Part shown: positions 17,994 through 27,721 of the stretch, piece by piece | Position numbering within the stretch: position 1 is the first letter of the stretch | Layout of the letters: each line of letters begins with the position of its first letter | Assembly: GCA_038106355.1 (NCBI GenBank) | Contig: JAYODQ010000008.1 | Coordinates: forward strand, 3,904 to 67,903 | DNA: 64,000 bases | Reading direction: 5' to 3' | Origin: Candidatus Poseidoniales archaeon | Lineage (GTDB): Archaea; Thermoplasmatota; Poseidoniia; Poseidoniales; Poseidoniaceae | The notes under the pieces: generated by a model | The model's input: the letters and a program-made list of their open reading frames with translations, nothing else | What the model was told of the DNA's origin: nothing | Database searches by the model: none | Made by a program: the position numbers and the translations under genes

Positions 17994-19152
17994 GATGTCT
18001 GAGACTTTGACCTTCTGCAATGTATTTTGGACGATAGATTGGAACGCCTTTCCCTTCACGCATAATGACACGTTCATCGAATATCTGAGCACCAATACCA
18101 GCAACTCGTGCCCAACCAAAGAAAGTAGTGTAATAGGTGGGGTCCGTAAAACCCACATGGTGTAGTAGTGCACCACTTGCGATATCGACATTGGCATTTG
18201 GATTCGAAACTTTTGGATTTTCGGCAAGGACACGTGGTGCTACCTCACGAAGTGTACGAATAATTTTGAAATTTTCATCATCAGGACAAATTTCCTCACC
18301 AAGAGCAAATTGAACGGTCGCTCGGGGGTCTTCTGCTCGAAGAACGGCATGGCCAAATCCGTAGATTGGTCGTTTTGCTTCCAATTCATTTCGAACAAAT
18401 TCCTCAACCTTGATAGGGTCATCTGTTCCAACCTTCAGCACAAATTCAAGGCAGGATTGGTTCGCACGACCATGTAGTGGGCCGGAAAGGGCATTCATGG
18501 CCCCAGCCATAGAAGAATAGACATTTGCATGCCCTGAAGCAATGGCTTTGCCAGTAAAGGTCGAGAGGTTACCCCCACCGTGATCCATGTGAAGGACAAG
18601 GTACGTGGCGACAATTTTTTCCATTTTGTCTTTATCCACGCCGTCAAGGTCAAGAGTGTTCACAAATCTTTGAACCATAGATTGGGTGATATCATCTTCA
18701 GGAATTGATGCTTCACGTCCCTCTCGATATCGAAACATGAGTCCCATGACTCTCGGCATTTTTGCAACCAAATTAAGAGCGTCTTCCTTCCAGTCCCCTG
18801 TGAGGCATGTCATACCTAAAACGTGAATGGCAATACTTAGCCAATCCATTGGGTGGCCATCTTTTGGTAAGGAACGAAACACCTCATTCAATTGCTCTGG
18901 AACTTGACCTCTTGTATGCAAATCAGCGAGAAATTGACTTCGTTGTTCATCGTTTGGTAATTCTTTGTTGAACAAAAGAAACACAATGTCCTCAGGTTGT
19001 TGTTCTGCCAGTTCTGCGATTGGATAACCGCAATAATGCACGCCTTCTGTAGGTGTGACAAATGAAGTGAAGCATGTTCCTACAGGAATGCCACGAAGTC
19101 CAGTGTTAAGATGGGCTGAAGTCACCTCAAACAGACGTTCTTCACCCGTCAT
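17983..19152 (-). CDS. gltA: Citrate synthase
   Basis: MDHGGGNLSTF, SGPLHGRANQ, YGFGHAVLRAEDPRA, catalytic His/Asp context. 389 aa. Confidence 0.92.
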   Translation of the reverse strand: MTGEERLFEVTSAHLNTGLRGIPVGTCFTSFVTPTEGVHYCGYPIAELAEQQPEDIVFLLFNKELPNDEQRSQFLADLHTRGQVPEQLNEVFRSLPKDGHPMDWLSIAIHVLGMTCLTGDWKEDALNLVAKMPRVMGLMFRYREGREASIPEDDITQSMVQRFVNTLDLDGVDKDKMEKIVATYLVLHMDHGGGNLSTFTGKAIASGHANVYSSMAGAMNALSGPLHGRANQSCLEFVLKVGTDDPIKVEEFVRNELEAKRPIYGFGHAVLRAEDPRATVQFALGEEICPDDENFKIIRTLREVAPRVLAENPKVSNPNANVDIASGALLHHVGFTDPTYYTTFFGWARVAGIGAQIFDERVIMREGKGVPIYRPKYIAEGQSLRHLKE

Positions 19153-19188
19153 CGTTGCCCCTCTCGATGCACCGATTCATCATCTCCG

Positions 19189-19194
19189 TATAAA
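19189..19194 (-). promoter_or_regulatory. Candidate archaeal TATA box (TTTATA) for citrate synthase
   Basis: The minus strand reads TTTATA about 37 nt upstream of the gltA ATG (19152), in the only non-coding stretch there. Compatible with a short-leader or leaderless transcript. Confidence 0.35.
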
Positions 19195-19262
19195 TGCCCT
19201 ACCTCTCCTACATCAATGTCAAATATGGTGTTGGTATCTACACCTTTTGTGTTGCTTGGAAA

Positions 19263-19706
19263 TTATAATCTGAATCCTTTTGATGCTTCCCTGTCAGCCA
19301 AGACATGCATTCGAATTGTTTTCCCATCGATTTGAATTGCGTCGACAGATTCTATTCCAGGGCAAAGGAGTTTTATTTCGTTCCACTTTTGCTCACTGTG
19401 TAAGTTTTCAGCCCACCAAGGAAATGCTTTGCATTGCTGTGGCCGAACAGAGTAGATTGAGCATTGTTTTGTATCGTTGAGAAAGATGCATACTCCACTC
19501 TTTTCATCACTTTTCAGCACGATGCGCCCATTCATGCTTTCCGTACAATACTGTTCAATGAACTCATCAAAACTTTGTTCATGTTCATCTGCCATGCGTT
19601 GAACATCGATTTTGGTAAGAAAAACCACTCCTCCTGGTTGGTCGCAGCACTTTCCGCATTGAGGTTGGCAACCAAAACGAACCCCGTCGGACCACCAAGC
19701 ACTCAT
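19263..19706 (-). CDS. YkgJ-family CxxCxxCC zinc/iron-chelating protein (UPF0153)
   Basis: FGCQPQCGKCCDQPGGVVFLT...CIFL....CSIYSVRPQQCKAFPW. ATGA overlap with the upstream gene. Confidence 0.8.
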   Translation of the reverse strand: MSAWWSDGVRFGCQPQCGKCCDQPGGVVFLTKIDVQRMADEHEQSFDEFIEQYCTESMNGRIVLKSDEKSGVCIFLNDTKQCSIYSVRPQQCKAFPWWAENLHSEQKWNEIKLLCPGIESVDAIQIDGKTIRMHVLADREASKGFRL

Positions 19707-21616
19707 TCCTCTTCTCCGTGCATTGGTGAAAGCACACGTTTCTTTTTCATTGTTGAAAGGTGTACTTTCTTTTTTGGTTTGCTTCTTTGATCTTCGTGTT
19801 GGTCGAGTTCATTCAATTGAACATCACCTTCATCGATGAACCACTCTCCAGCGGGTTCATAGGAATCAAGTTGTGATGTTGTGCCCACGGTTTGCCCTTG
19901 GATCAACTGAAGCTGTTCATCAATGGTTTGAAGTTGGTCGGCAATGGCGATGAGTTCCTCAATATCAGCATGTTGAATTCTTGAACTCAATTCTTCCATG
20001 GTTGTACCTATTTGGCTCAATTGACGTTCATCATGCATAGCATGGAATCGCCTCGAAAATGAATCATCAACTCTTTGTTCGATATCAACGAGCATATCAG
20101 CAGTTTTGAACATGTCTTCCTTGTGGTCAAATTTTTCTTTTGAGACCATGAATTTGTCTTCATCATGAACATCAAGAACAGAGGGGTATGTAGGCATAAT
20201 TTTTTTGACAAACATCTGAGCATCGTTTTGTATTCTGGAAATTGGAGTGCCTTGAACAACAATATCATCAAAATGTGGTGGCTGATAATCATCATTGTCC
20301 CAATCCTTGATTTCTGAATGCAGTTCGACGCCTCCCATATCGATGTCCGTATGGACGACATCCAACGCCTTTGAAAATATTTGATTCGCCATCGACTCCA
20401 CATCGTTTTCAAACTCAGGATGGATGCCAGAATACCTGATTCCTGAGTCTTCGTTGAGATGAATGAATTCCTCTAGTTTGTTCCGAATGTTACGCCATGA
20501 GTGCTGGGAATTTCGAACAAGTTGAACAAATTCAAATTCATCCATCATCATGTTTCTTTGAGTTGCGTACCATTTAGCATATTGAATCAAGGTTGATTCA
20601 CTTGGTGATGAAATTTGAATTGTGATTCCATCCAGCAAAAATCTTCTCATTTTTGAACTTGGCAAATCTTCGATTGGGATTTTGGAGGATGCAAGGATCT
20701 GTACCGAGGATTGCAAACTATATTCAAACCACTCTCCCAGCCTTAATTTCCATTGTTCGTGAACCGCAAATTGTTCAATATCGTCAACAATGATTGCACA
20801 ACAACCATCCAATGCATCTTCGATCGGAGTTTGTGATACATGTTCTAAATCAAGTGCATTTAACCACAGAATGTGACCTTCCTGTCGACGCAAAAGAGCT
20901 TGTCCCGAAGCCCGCATCAAGAAGGTTGTTCCCGATTGTTCCCCCCCAACGATGGATAAAGGATTGATGACATTGGACGGGCTGTCGATGACTGTTTCTG
21001 CCAAACGCGTAGCTTCAATATTTTCTTTGCACACAAACCACTGTCGAAATGAATGATGTTCACTCCACTGTAATTTTCTTGGCCACTGAAATTGGATTGA
21101 TTTTTTCGATATAGATTTGTCATCGGCTTTCATTGCTGACGGAATTTGATGTATTGCCATGGACCGTTGCTCTTGTAAGACCTTCATCCAAAGTGGTGTT
21201 CCTACATGGTCCAGTCCCACATAGTCAAAGTCTGAATTCGCAGGTGCTCTTTCAATCGAATTGAGCTTGTTTTTTCTCATTTCATTCAATCGATTGGCAA
21301 TCGAAAATTCATCTGTTGATTGAATGTTTTTTGATAAAAATGGATTCTGATACTCACCAGTTGTGCCGAGGACATCCTTTGAAATCATATCGTAGGTAGG
21401 TCGTTGAGAAACACCTTGCCGATTGAAGAGGGATAGCCTCTGCTTTTTTTGATTTTGATGGCCGAGCAACACATTCAATTTGGACAATGGTTGGTCTGGA
21501 GCCTGTTCTTTTTTGGGTGTTGGATTGGAGAATTTCACGTGCTTAAATTCTGAATCCAAAAGCAATTTTTCAGCCGAGGCTAAAGCGTCATTGAGTTTTT
21601 TACCTCGGATTGACAT
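19703..21616 (-). CDS. DnaA/Hda-like AAA+ domain protein with degenerate Walker A, flanked by low-complexity and acidic coiled-coil regions
   Basis: aa 188-387: F.QWFVCKENIEA....NPLSIVGGEQSGTTFLMRA....CAIIVDDIEQF....QILASSKIP.EDL.SSKMRRFLLDGITIQISSPSEST parallels DnaA domain III (FDNFV.G.N..A, NPLFIYGG.GLGKTHL, LLIDDIQF, SDR.P, RL.SRF..GL...I..Pd.Et). The Walker A Lys is missing. Confidence 0.6.
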   Translation of the reverse strand: MSIRGKKLNDALASAEKLLLDSEFKHVKFSNPTPKKEQAPDQPLSKLNVLLGHQNQKKQRLSLFNRQGVSQRPTYDMISKDVLGTTGEYQNPFLSKNIQSTDEFSIANRLNEMRKNKLNSIERAPANSDFDYVGLDHVGTPLWMKVLQEQRSMAIHQIPSAMKADDKSISKKSIQFQWPRKLQWSEHHSFRQWFVCKENIEATRLAETVIDSPSNVINPLSIVGGEQSGTTFLMRASGQALLRRQEGHILWLNALDLEHVSQTPIEDALDGCCAIIVDDIEQFAVHEQWKLRLGEWFEYSLQSSVQILASSKIPIEDLPSSKMRRFLLDGITIQISSPSESTLIQYAKWYATQRNMMMDEFEFVQLVRNSQHSWRNIRNKLEEFIHLNEDSGIRYSGIHPEFENDVESMANQIFSKALDVVHTDIDMGGVELHSEIKDWDNDDYQPPHFDDIVVQGTPISRIQNDAQMFVKKIMPTYPSVLDVHDEDKFMVSKEKFDHKEDMFKTADMLVDIEQRVDDSFSRRFHAMHDERQLSQIGTTMEELSSRIQHADIEELIAIADQLQTIDEQLQLIQGQTVGTTSQLDSYEPAGEWFIDEGDVQLNELDQHEDQRSKPKKKVHLSTMKKKRVLSPMHGEEE

Positions 21617-23511
21617 TAAGAGTCACCACCAAAAAACTTCAATTTTCGACCTTGTTCATCGTACAACACTTGAGCATTCGATTGTGATTTTTTGATATCC
21701 ACTGCCCACTTTTTCGAAATTTCATCAAGGGATTTCTTTTGTTGAGCGTATGTCGCTTTCTCTCTTGATGCAATCAGTGAAGAATGATCCTCCGCCATAT
21801 GAGATTCAATGGCTTCTTTTGGTGAATCTTCAAATTTGAGTTTCGATGGGGCTTGGGTGTGTGGAAATGAAGCATTGGAGGCGTAATCGGAATTTGATAG
21901 ACTTTCACCGATGCCTTGCATATGAAGTGGTAACTTCGAAGATTGAGGAGGTGCCAGTCGTTCTTGTCGTTCATACGATTCTTGAATGACGTTCGGGGGA
22001 AGTTTGTGTGGCTTCTTGATTTCTGGCAAGGATAATTCGTCAATTGGCGTATGGCGAAATCCGATCTCCTTCGGAGCTGATTTTTGCACTTTGGTTTCTG
22101 GAAGAACTGGATTTGGTTTTCGTTGAGGTTGCTTCTGAACTTTTCGAATTTTTACAGCCTTATGCTTGTCGTTTTGAGATGATGTTCTCATGCTTTTCCA
22201 TGAAATCTGGTGTTGATTTGGGTCCTCATAAATTTTGGATTCTGAAACAAATTTTCCGGGTTGAACATGGGGGTGGTTTGACATTGACCTCCAAGTCTCG
22301 AGGTCGCTCAAGTCAACACTGCTTTGTGTGTTATGACTTGATGGATTTGAAAAGGAGTCAAGTGCACCTTTGAGTGAATCCGCTACTTCAGCACGAAGTT
22401 CATCACTTAGTTTTGAACTGCCGCCCTCGAGACCGAATGTGTTTTGTGGCTCAAAAGAGGCGTCAGACTGTGCCATGAGTTCGAGTTGTGCTTCAAACCA
22501 ATGTTCCTCTTCATCGGTATAGTTCTCATGAAATGAATCAAGCGACATTTCTTCCGGATGCTCCGCCCACATCTGAATCGTTGTTGTCTCAAGTTGGTTT
22601 GTGGCTTGATGCACCTTTGCAGTTGTTTTTTGATCGAGCACATCACTATCGAAACCAATGAACATTGTAAAGCGTCGTTCTCTGCATAAATCGACGGTTG
22701 AACGAAGTAATTCAAGAGCAAACAACTCTCCATGAACAACAACGAAGAGTTCAAAATCCAGTAAAAAAATGCAACCAAAATCAACGCCGAACATCGAATG
22801 TTCAATAGTACTGAGGATTTGTTGTAATTCATGTTGCTGATGTTGGCCAACATGGATGCACTCAAAATGAGTTGACGATGAGGGCCGGTTTGAGATCTCT
22901 AGAATGTGACAACCTGTTTGTTGAAGATAACCAAGGATTGGTGGAATATTGATTTGTCCAATACTTGGAAAACTGTAAGCAGTACCTCGTTCCAATCCAC
23001 GAATCAATTGAGTGTTTTGCTTTTCATTTCTTTTCCTTGAGAACTCAAGCGAAGCAAAATCATGTGCAAGGTCTTTTGTGTCAAATCTCATATGATGTGT
23101 TTGATATCGTACATTTTTCCACCAATCTGTTGAGCCAATGTGTTCGCTTGAAATCAAGTCGAATAGCAGCACACTTGGGGGGTACATGTCTTGTACACTG
23201 TAGATAAGGGCAACATTTGCTTCGTGAAATGCGATGGTGACATTGCTCTTTTCGGCTTGAATTTGAATCAGCTCAAAGGCATCGACACCAAACGATTCTC
23301 CAAGTTGTGATGCTATGGATAGATGAGGTTGTCCATTTTTGAAATAAATTGCCCCCTCAAAGGCTGAATCGTCCGTCTCATCTGAGATAATATGAAGAAC
23401 TGCAGATATTTTCTCGCGGATGATTTCTTGACCAAGGGTGCGTAAGACATCAATACCACCCCTCCTCTTTTCAAGAAGGTCACCAGTCGGTAAATGCACC
23501 AATTCATCCAC
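21616..23511 (-). CDS. Hypothetical protein: DUF4388-like N-terminal module, DUF835-like (P-loop-less KaiC/RecA-like) module, long Q/K/S/P-rich tail
   Basis: aa 8-100 pattern GDLLEK..IDVLRTL...ISAVLHI...EGAIYFKNGQ. aa 165-305 LERGTAYSF...ILEISNRP...CIFLLDFELFVVVHGELFALELLRSTVDLCRERRFTMFIGFDSDVLD. Its stop shares one nt with the next ATG (TAATG). Confidence 0.55.
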   Translation of the reverse strand: MDELVHLPTGDLLEKRRGGIDVLRTLGQEIIREKISAVLHIISDETDDSAFEGAIYFKNGQPHLSIASQLGESFGVDAFELIQIQAEKSNVTIAFHEANVALIYSVQDMYPPSVLLFDLISSEHIGSTDWWKNVRYQTHHMRFDTKDLAHDFASLEFSRKRNEKQNTQLIRGLERGTAYSFPSIGQINIPPILGYLQQTGCHILEISNRPSSSTHFECIHVGQHQQHELQQILSTIEHSMFGVDFGCIFLLDFELFVVVHGELFALELLRSTVDLCRERRFTMFIGFDSDVLDQKTTAKVHQATNQLETTTIQMWAEHPEEMSLDSFHENYTDEEEHWFEAQLELMAQSDASFEPQNTFGLEGGSSKLSDELRAEVADSLKGALDSFSNPSSHNTQSSVDLSDLETWRSMSNHPHVQPGKFVSESKIYEDPNQHQISWKSMRTSSQNDKHKAVKIRKVQKQPQRKPNPVLPETKVQKSAPKEIGFRHTPIDELSLPEIKKPHKLPPNVIQESYERQERLAPPQSSKLPLHMQGIGESLSNSDYASNASFPHTQAPSKLKFEDSPKEAIESHMAEDHSSLIASREKATYAQQKKSLDEISKKWAVDIKKSQSNAQVLYDEQGRKLKFFGGDS

Positions 23512-23606
23512 CCGCTAACCAGTCAGTATTCAACATCCTTCTTGAAGAGTGTGGATGATGGGACTGAATCGGAACTATTTCAAGTGACATAGGCTACAGC
23601 GAAAAC

Positions 23607-23981
23607 GTGGAATTCGTTGCCAGTCCGTTATCTCCTGATGAGGAGGTTCTTTTTGAACACGGAAGGCTCTTGTTCAATGCAGGTAAATATTGGCATGCTC
23701 ACGAATCTTGGGAGGATGTATGGAATTGCCTTAAGCGAAGAAATGCAACGCCTGAAGAAATCCTTCTCGTTCAAGGCCTGATTCAAACAGCAGCATTGTT
23801 GTATCATCATGAGCATAAGAATCATGTAGGAATTCTAAAACAATGGGCGAAGTTGGTAACCAAACTCGATGGATGGGAGCATGCTTGGGGTGTGGATGTA
23901 AAAAAACATCTTCAGACCATCAAATCATTTGTAAGTGAGGAAGGAATCGTCAATATTGAACCAAATACAGTTCAATTATGA
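23607..23981 (+). CDS. DUF309 domain protein
   Basis: FNAGKYWHAHESWEDVW....QGLIQTAALLYHHE matches the DUF309 signature. GTG start. Confidence 0.75.
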   Translation: MEFVASPLSPDEEVLFEHGRLLFNAGKYWHAHESWEDVWNCLKRRNATPEEILLVQGLIQTAALLYHHEHKNHVGILKQWAKLVTKLDGWEHAWGVDVKKHLQTIKSFVSEEGIVNIEPNTVQL

Positions 23982-23990
23982 GGTGAACAC

Positions 23991-24674
23991 ATGGAAAAGG
24001 CCACCCAACATATGACTTTTTCACCAAAGGTTCAAATCGGGCGGAACTCTATTCCAAGCAAATTTGAGCATTTACCGCAAGATATGATTCTCTTTTTTGA
24101 TACACCAATTGGTAAGAATGCTTACCACAATGATTTCAAGAAATTGATGACCAGCGTAAGTATTTTCTTGGCTTTGACCGCTTTATTTTTGACAGTCCTC
24201 TTCCTCATTGTTTTACCTCTCGTTTGGATTGTTTCGAAAAAATCACTCACATCAAAACACAACCTACCACTTGCAGTAAACATATCTCACCCATTTGTCG
24301 ACCAAGAATTTGGCGGGACTGCAAAAGTTCTGGTTCAATTGTTCGATGGCCATTGGGTTGATGTGGGGGAAGTACGAGTTCGAGTCATGCGCGATGAACT
24401 TCAAGGTGGCTGGCTCCTCGTTGAAGACCAAGGTGAGTATCCGACAATTGGTTATTTCAGCGAACGAAGCGAACGATTTGTCAATCGCTCATTAACAATC
24501 ATCAATCAAGCACTGGCATTGAGAGACGGGGCCAACAATGTACGTGACACCATTGATGATGCAAGACAACGAGAACGAATGGAGTCAGGATTGCTTGAAA
24601 GGTCGTGGCTTGAAGATGAACAGGGGATAGAAATCGACACTCCCCTCACTCGAATTTTTACCAAAAACGAATAA
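23991..24674 (+). CDS. Hypothetical single-pass membrane protein
   Basis: 227-aa ORF with one TM (VSIFLALTALFLTVLFLIVLPLVWIV). No family recognised. Confidence 0.45.
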   Translation: MEKATQHMTFSPKVQIGRNSIPSKFEHLPQDMILFFDTPIGKNAYHNDFKKLMTSVSIFLALTALFLTVLFLIVLPLVWIVSKKSLTSKHNLPLAVNISHPFVDQEFGGTAKVLVQLFDGHWVDVGEVRVRVMRDELQGGWLLVEDQGEYPTIGYFSERSERFVNRSLTIINQALALRDGANNVRDTIDDARQRERMESGLLERSWLEDEQGIEIDTPLTRIFTKNE

Positions 24675-24730
24675 TTCTTGACAATGAACACCCCTTAGAT
24701 TCAAAACCTAAACCTCATCCCTTCTCATCA

Positions 24731-25354
24731 GTGTCTTATCAAAATTGGATGAACAACCTTCAAAAATTGGAGGATAAAGAACGAGAAGTACTTCTCGGTA
24801 CATCCTTATCACAATTGTTTACAAAATGGCCACTATGGCTGAATCATCCAGCAAATATTTCTGCGTTTTATGGGATACTTGTATCTCTTTCGCTCATTTT
24901 ACCCTACGCATTTGGGGCATCTGGAAATGAAGCGTGGTTCGAAAAATGGACGGTCCATTCTGCATTTTTGGTCGTCGCTTGTTCAATTTCCGGCTTTGCA
25001 TCAACCCTCATTGTGTTCTTCTCAAAGCGATTCCCAGTCCAACCACCTCGGACTTTGCTCTACCCAATGCCTTTCGTTGGTTTAGCCCTTATCACGATAG
25101 ATCGAACGGGCTTGATTTCGCTCTCCTCCTTCGTGACCTTGATTTGGATGTTGTTGCTTTTTCCTGGGCCGCTGTATGTCCATCTTTCGTGGGCACCAAG
25201 GCATCGATTACTTTGCATGATTGAAGATGGAAAAAATCCATTTTCGGGTCTTGAATCTGAAGAAGATTTCAATGGAGAACGAAGCGAAGAGAGGTCAGAA
25301 CAAGAAACTGAACTCTTCGAAGTGATTGAGGCATTTGACACTGAAGAAGAGTAG
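24731..25354 (+). CDS. Hypothetical multi-pass membrane protein with acidic C-terminal tail
   Basis: Four to five predicted TM helices and an E-rich tail. The start is GTG 24731 or ATG 24749. Confidence 0.45.
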   Translation: MSYQNWMNNLQKLEDKEREVLLGTSLSQLFTKWPLWLNHPANISAFYGILVSLSLILPYAFGASGNEAWFEKWTVHSAFLVVACSISGFASTLIVFFSKRFPVQPPRTLLYPMPFVGLALITIDRTGLISLSSFVTLIWMLLLFPGPLYVHLSWAPRHRLLCMIEDGKNPFSGLESEEDFNGERSEERSEQETELFEVIEAFDTEEE

Positions 25355-25359
25355 TGCAT

Positions 25360-26541
25360 CTAAAGCAGACCAACACTTGGACCTGCTTTTTCAAAACACG
25401 AAAGCACCTCGTTCAAATCGTCTTTTGAAAGACCTGCAGACATTTGAGTGCGGACACGAGCCTTGTCCCTTGCAACCATGGGGAACACAATTGCACCCGC
25501 CATGACACCTTGCTGAGCCAATTCTTTGGAGAGTTGTTTTGCCGTCGAAGATTCCCCACACATGACCGGGATAATTGGGGTGGTTGAAACACCGGTGTCG
25601 AAACCCATCGATTGCAATTCCTTTCTGAAATATTCAGTGTTGTCCCATAATTTTTGATGATGTTCTGGCTCAGTCATCAAGACTTCAATGGCTGCTTTTT
25701 GTGCTGCTGCGACACCTGGTGGTTGTGATCCTGACAACAACCATGAACGGGAATGATTGAGGGCATGATTTCTTGTCATTTCTGAACCAGCAAGAATTCC
25801 GCCTTGGACCCCCAGTGCTTTGGAAAATGATCCAGTCTCAAAGTCGACTTTTCCTTGAAGACCAAAGTGTGCCACAATGCCAGCACCTCCTTTGCCCAAG
25901 ACTCCTTCTCCATGACAGTCATCCACATAGACCATCGCATCGTATTCTTCAGCGAGTTTTGTGATTTCATCGAGTGGTGCGATATCACCATCCATCGAGA
26001 ATACTCCGTCGGTAATGATGAGTTTCCTATCGCTTGTTTCATGCGATTGGAGGACTGCCTCGAGTTCAGACATATCATTATGTGCATACACAGCTCTCGA
26101 TGCTTTCGTGAGGCGTACTCCGTCAATGATTGAACCATGATTTAATTCATCACTGATGATGACATCCTTCGGACCTTCGACGAGCGTCGGTATGAAGCCT
26201 ACGTTGACCGTATAGCCAGCAGAGTAAATGAGCGAAGCCTCAACGCCTTTGAATTCAGCGACCTTCTTCTCGGCTTCAAGATGTAAGTCCATCGTGCCAG
26301 CAATAGCCCGAACCGAACCACTGCCTGCACCGTATTTTTCGGTGGCATCTTTCATGGCCTGCATGACTTTTGGGTGTGTTGTGAGATTGAGATAATTGTT
26401 GGCAGAGAGCATGATGGTCGATCTACCCTCGATGGTACACCTCGGTTGATTTGGTGATTCCAACGTCGGAGGTTCCCATAGTAAGGCATTTTGTTTCAAC
26501 TCATTGTATCGTTCCGCCATCCAAGTCTTGTCACCCGGCAT
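25360..26541 (-). CDS. kbl: 2-amino-3-ketobutyrate CoA ligase (glycine C-acetyltransferase) / AONS family
   Basis: ANNYLNL, ELNHGSIIDG, DDCHGEGVLGKGGAG, PLP-lysine motif SFSKALG. 393 aa. Confidence 0.9.
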   Translation of the reverse strand: MPGDKTWMAERYNELKQNALLWEPPTLESPNQPRCTIEGRSTIMLSANNYLNLTTHPKVMQAMKDATEKYGAGSGSVRAIAGTMDLHLEAEKKVAEFKGVEASLIYSAGYTVNVGFIPTLVEGPKDVIISDELNHGSIIDGVRLTKASRAVYAHNDMSELEAVLQSHETSDRKLIITDGVFSMDGDIAPLDEITKLAEEYDAMVYVDDCHGEGVLGKGGAGIVAHFGLQGKVDFETGSFSKALGVQGGILAGSEMTRNHALNHSRSWLLSGSQPPGVAAAQKAAIEVLMTEPEHHQKLWDNTEYFRKELQSMGFDTGVSTTPIIPVMCGESSTAKQLSKELAQQGVMAGAIVFPMVARDKARVRTQMSAGLSKDDLNEVLSCFEKAGPSVGLL

Positions 26542-26605
26542 TCTCTCACCTATTGGTTACTTTCAAAGCCCACTCATGAATGTAATGCCTATGAGGAATG
26601 AAGCC

Positions 26606-27721
26606 TTACCTCTTGACCACGATGGTTAACAAATCGCCGTCCTTGAGTAAATGGTCAAGACCCACTCTTTGCCAATCAAATTTGGCGCTTGGCCCCTTGA
26701 CTCTTGCAAACCTGAATTTACGAACGAAATCCCGATGCAACTTGTTGCATATATTTTCAACCGTGGAATCATCTTTAACGATGAGGGGTTCTTCTAAATC
26801 CGCTTCTTGGCCTTGTGGTTTGAGGTAAACTCTCATGAATCCTAAGTTTTCGTAAATGAAATCTTTGAGGTCATCAAGTCCAATGTCTTTGAACGCCGAA
26901 ATTCTCATGATTGGCCAATGCTTTGGTAACGACTTCTCAATCTTCACAAGTTCATTTTCGGTTGCAATATCGATTTTGTTGACAGCAATCACTGCTTTTT
27001 CATACACCCTATTGGAGGCTAATGTATCGACGATTTGTTCAGGCGTTGCATCATGTCTCAATGTAACAATGGCACTCGTGTAGCCAAAGGTTCTGATAAT
27101 GTCTCCCATCTCTTCTTCGGTAAGGTGAGTTTGTTCAACAGTACTCCGTACATCAATTCCTCCTCGGTCTGTTCGACTGATGAAAATGGGTGGTTTCTCT
27201 TCATTCAGTCTCAGCCCTGAATTGTGAAGTTCTCGATGAAGGACATCAAAATGGCCTTCTTGGAATGGGTCGACGATGTACAGAACCATATCTGCGCTTC
27301 GAATGACATTCAGAATTTCTTTACCTCTTCCCTTTCCTTCCGCCGCACCTTTGATCAAACCGGGAAGGTCGAGAATCTGGATTCGTGCGCCTCGGTGTTC
27401 CATGACGCCCGGAATACAGGTCAGGGTTGTGAATGCATATCCGGCTGATTCGGATTCCGCGTCGGTAATTTTGGTGATCAACGTGGATTTTCCCACCGAA
27501 GGAAATCCAACCAACGCAACCGTTGCATCGCCAGTCTTTCGTACTTCGAAGCCTTTGCCTCCACCACTTGCAGATGCGTGAGCATGCGCTCTTTCTTCCT
27601 TTAGTTTAAGTTGGGCTATCTTTGCTTTCAGTTTACCAATATGTGCATTTGTAGCCTTGTTTTTTTGGGTTTTATCAATCTCAGCGCGAATCATTTCGAT
27701 TTGCTCTTTGATTGTAGCCAT
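26606..27721 (-). CDS. Developmentally regulated GTP-binding protein (DRG/Rbg, OBG family) with TGS domain
   Basis: MATIKEQIEMIRAEIDKTQKNKATNAHIGKLKAKIAQLK, G1 GFPSVGKST, G3 DLPGLI, G4 NKID, C-terminal TGS (DGDLLTIV). I chose the internal start at 27721. Confidence 0.9.
   Translation of the reverse strand: MATIKEQIEMIRAEIDKTQKNKATNAHIGKLKAKIAQLKLKEERAHAHASASGGGKGFEVRKTGDATVALVGFPSVGKSTLITKITDAESESAGYAFTTLTCIPGVMEHRGARIQILDLPGLIKGAAEGKGRGKEILNVIRSADMVLYIVDPFQEGHFDVLHRELHNSGLRLNEEKPPIFISRTDRGGIDVRSTVEQTHLTEEEMGDIIRTFGYTSAIVTLRHDATPEQIVDTLASNRVYEKAVIAVNKIDIATENELVKIEKSLPKHWPIMRISAFKDIGLDDLKDFIYENLGFMRVYLKPQGQEADLEEPLIVKDDSTVENICNKLHRDFVRKFRFARVKGPSAKFDWQRVGLDHLLKDGDLLTIVVKR

Noticed and set aside
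19703-21616. Calling the DnaA-like protein a genuine replication initiator, with a replication origin nearby.
   Set aside because: The Walker A lysine and arginine finger are lost, there is no DnaA-box-binding domain IV, and there is no adjacent AT-rich intergenic region with repeated boxes. The flanking intergenic spaces are 110 nt or less.
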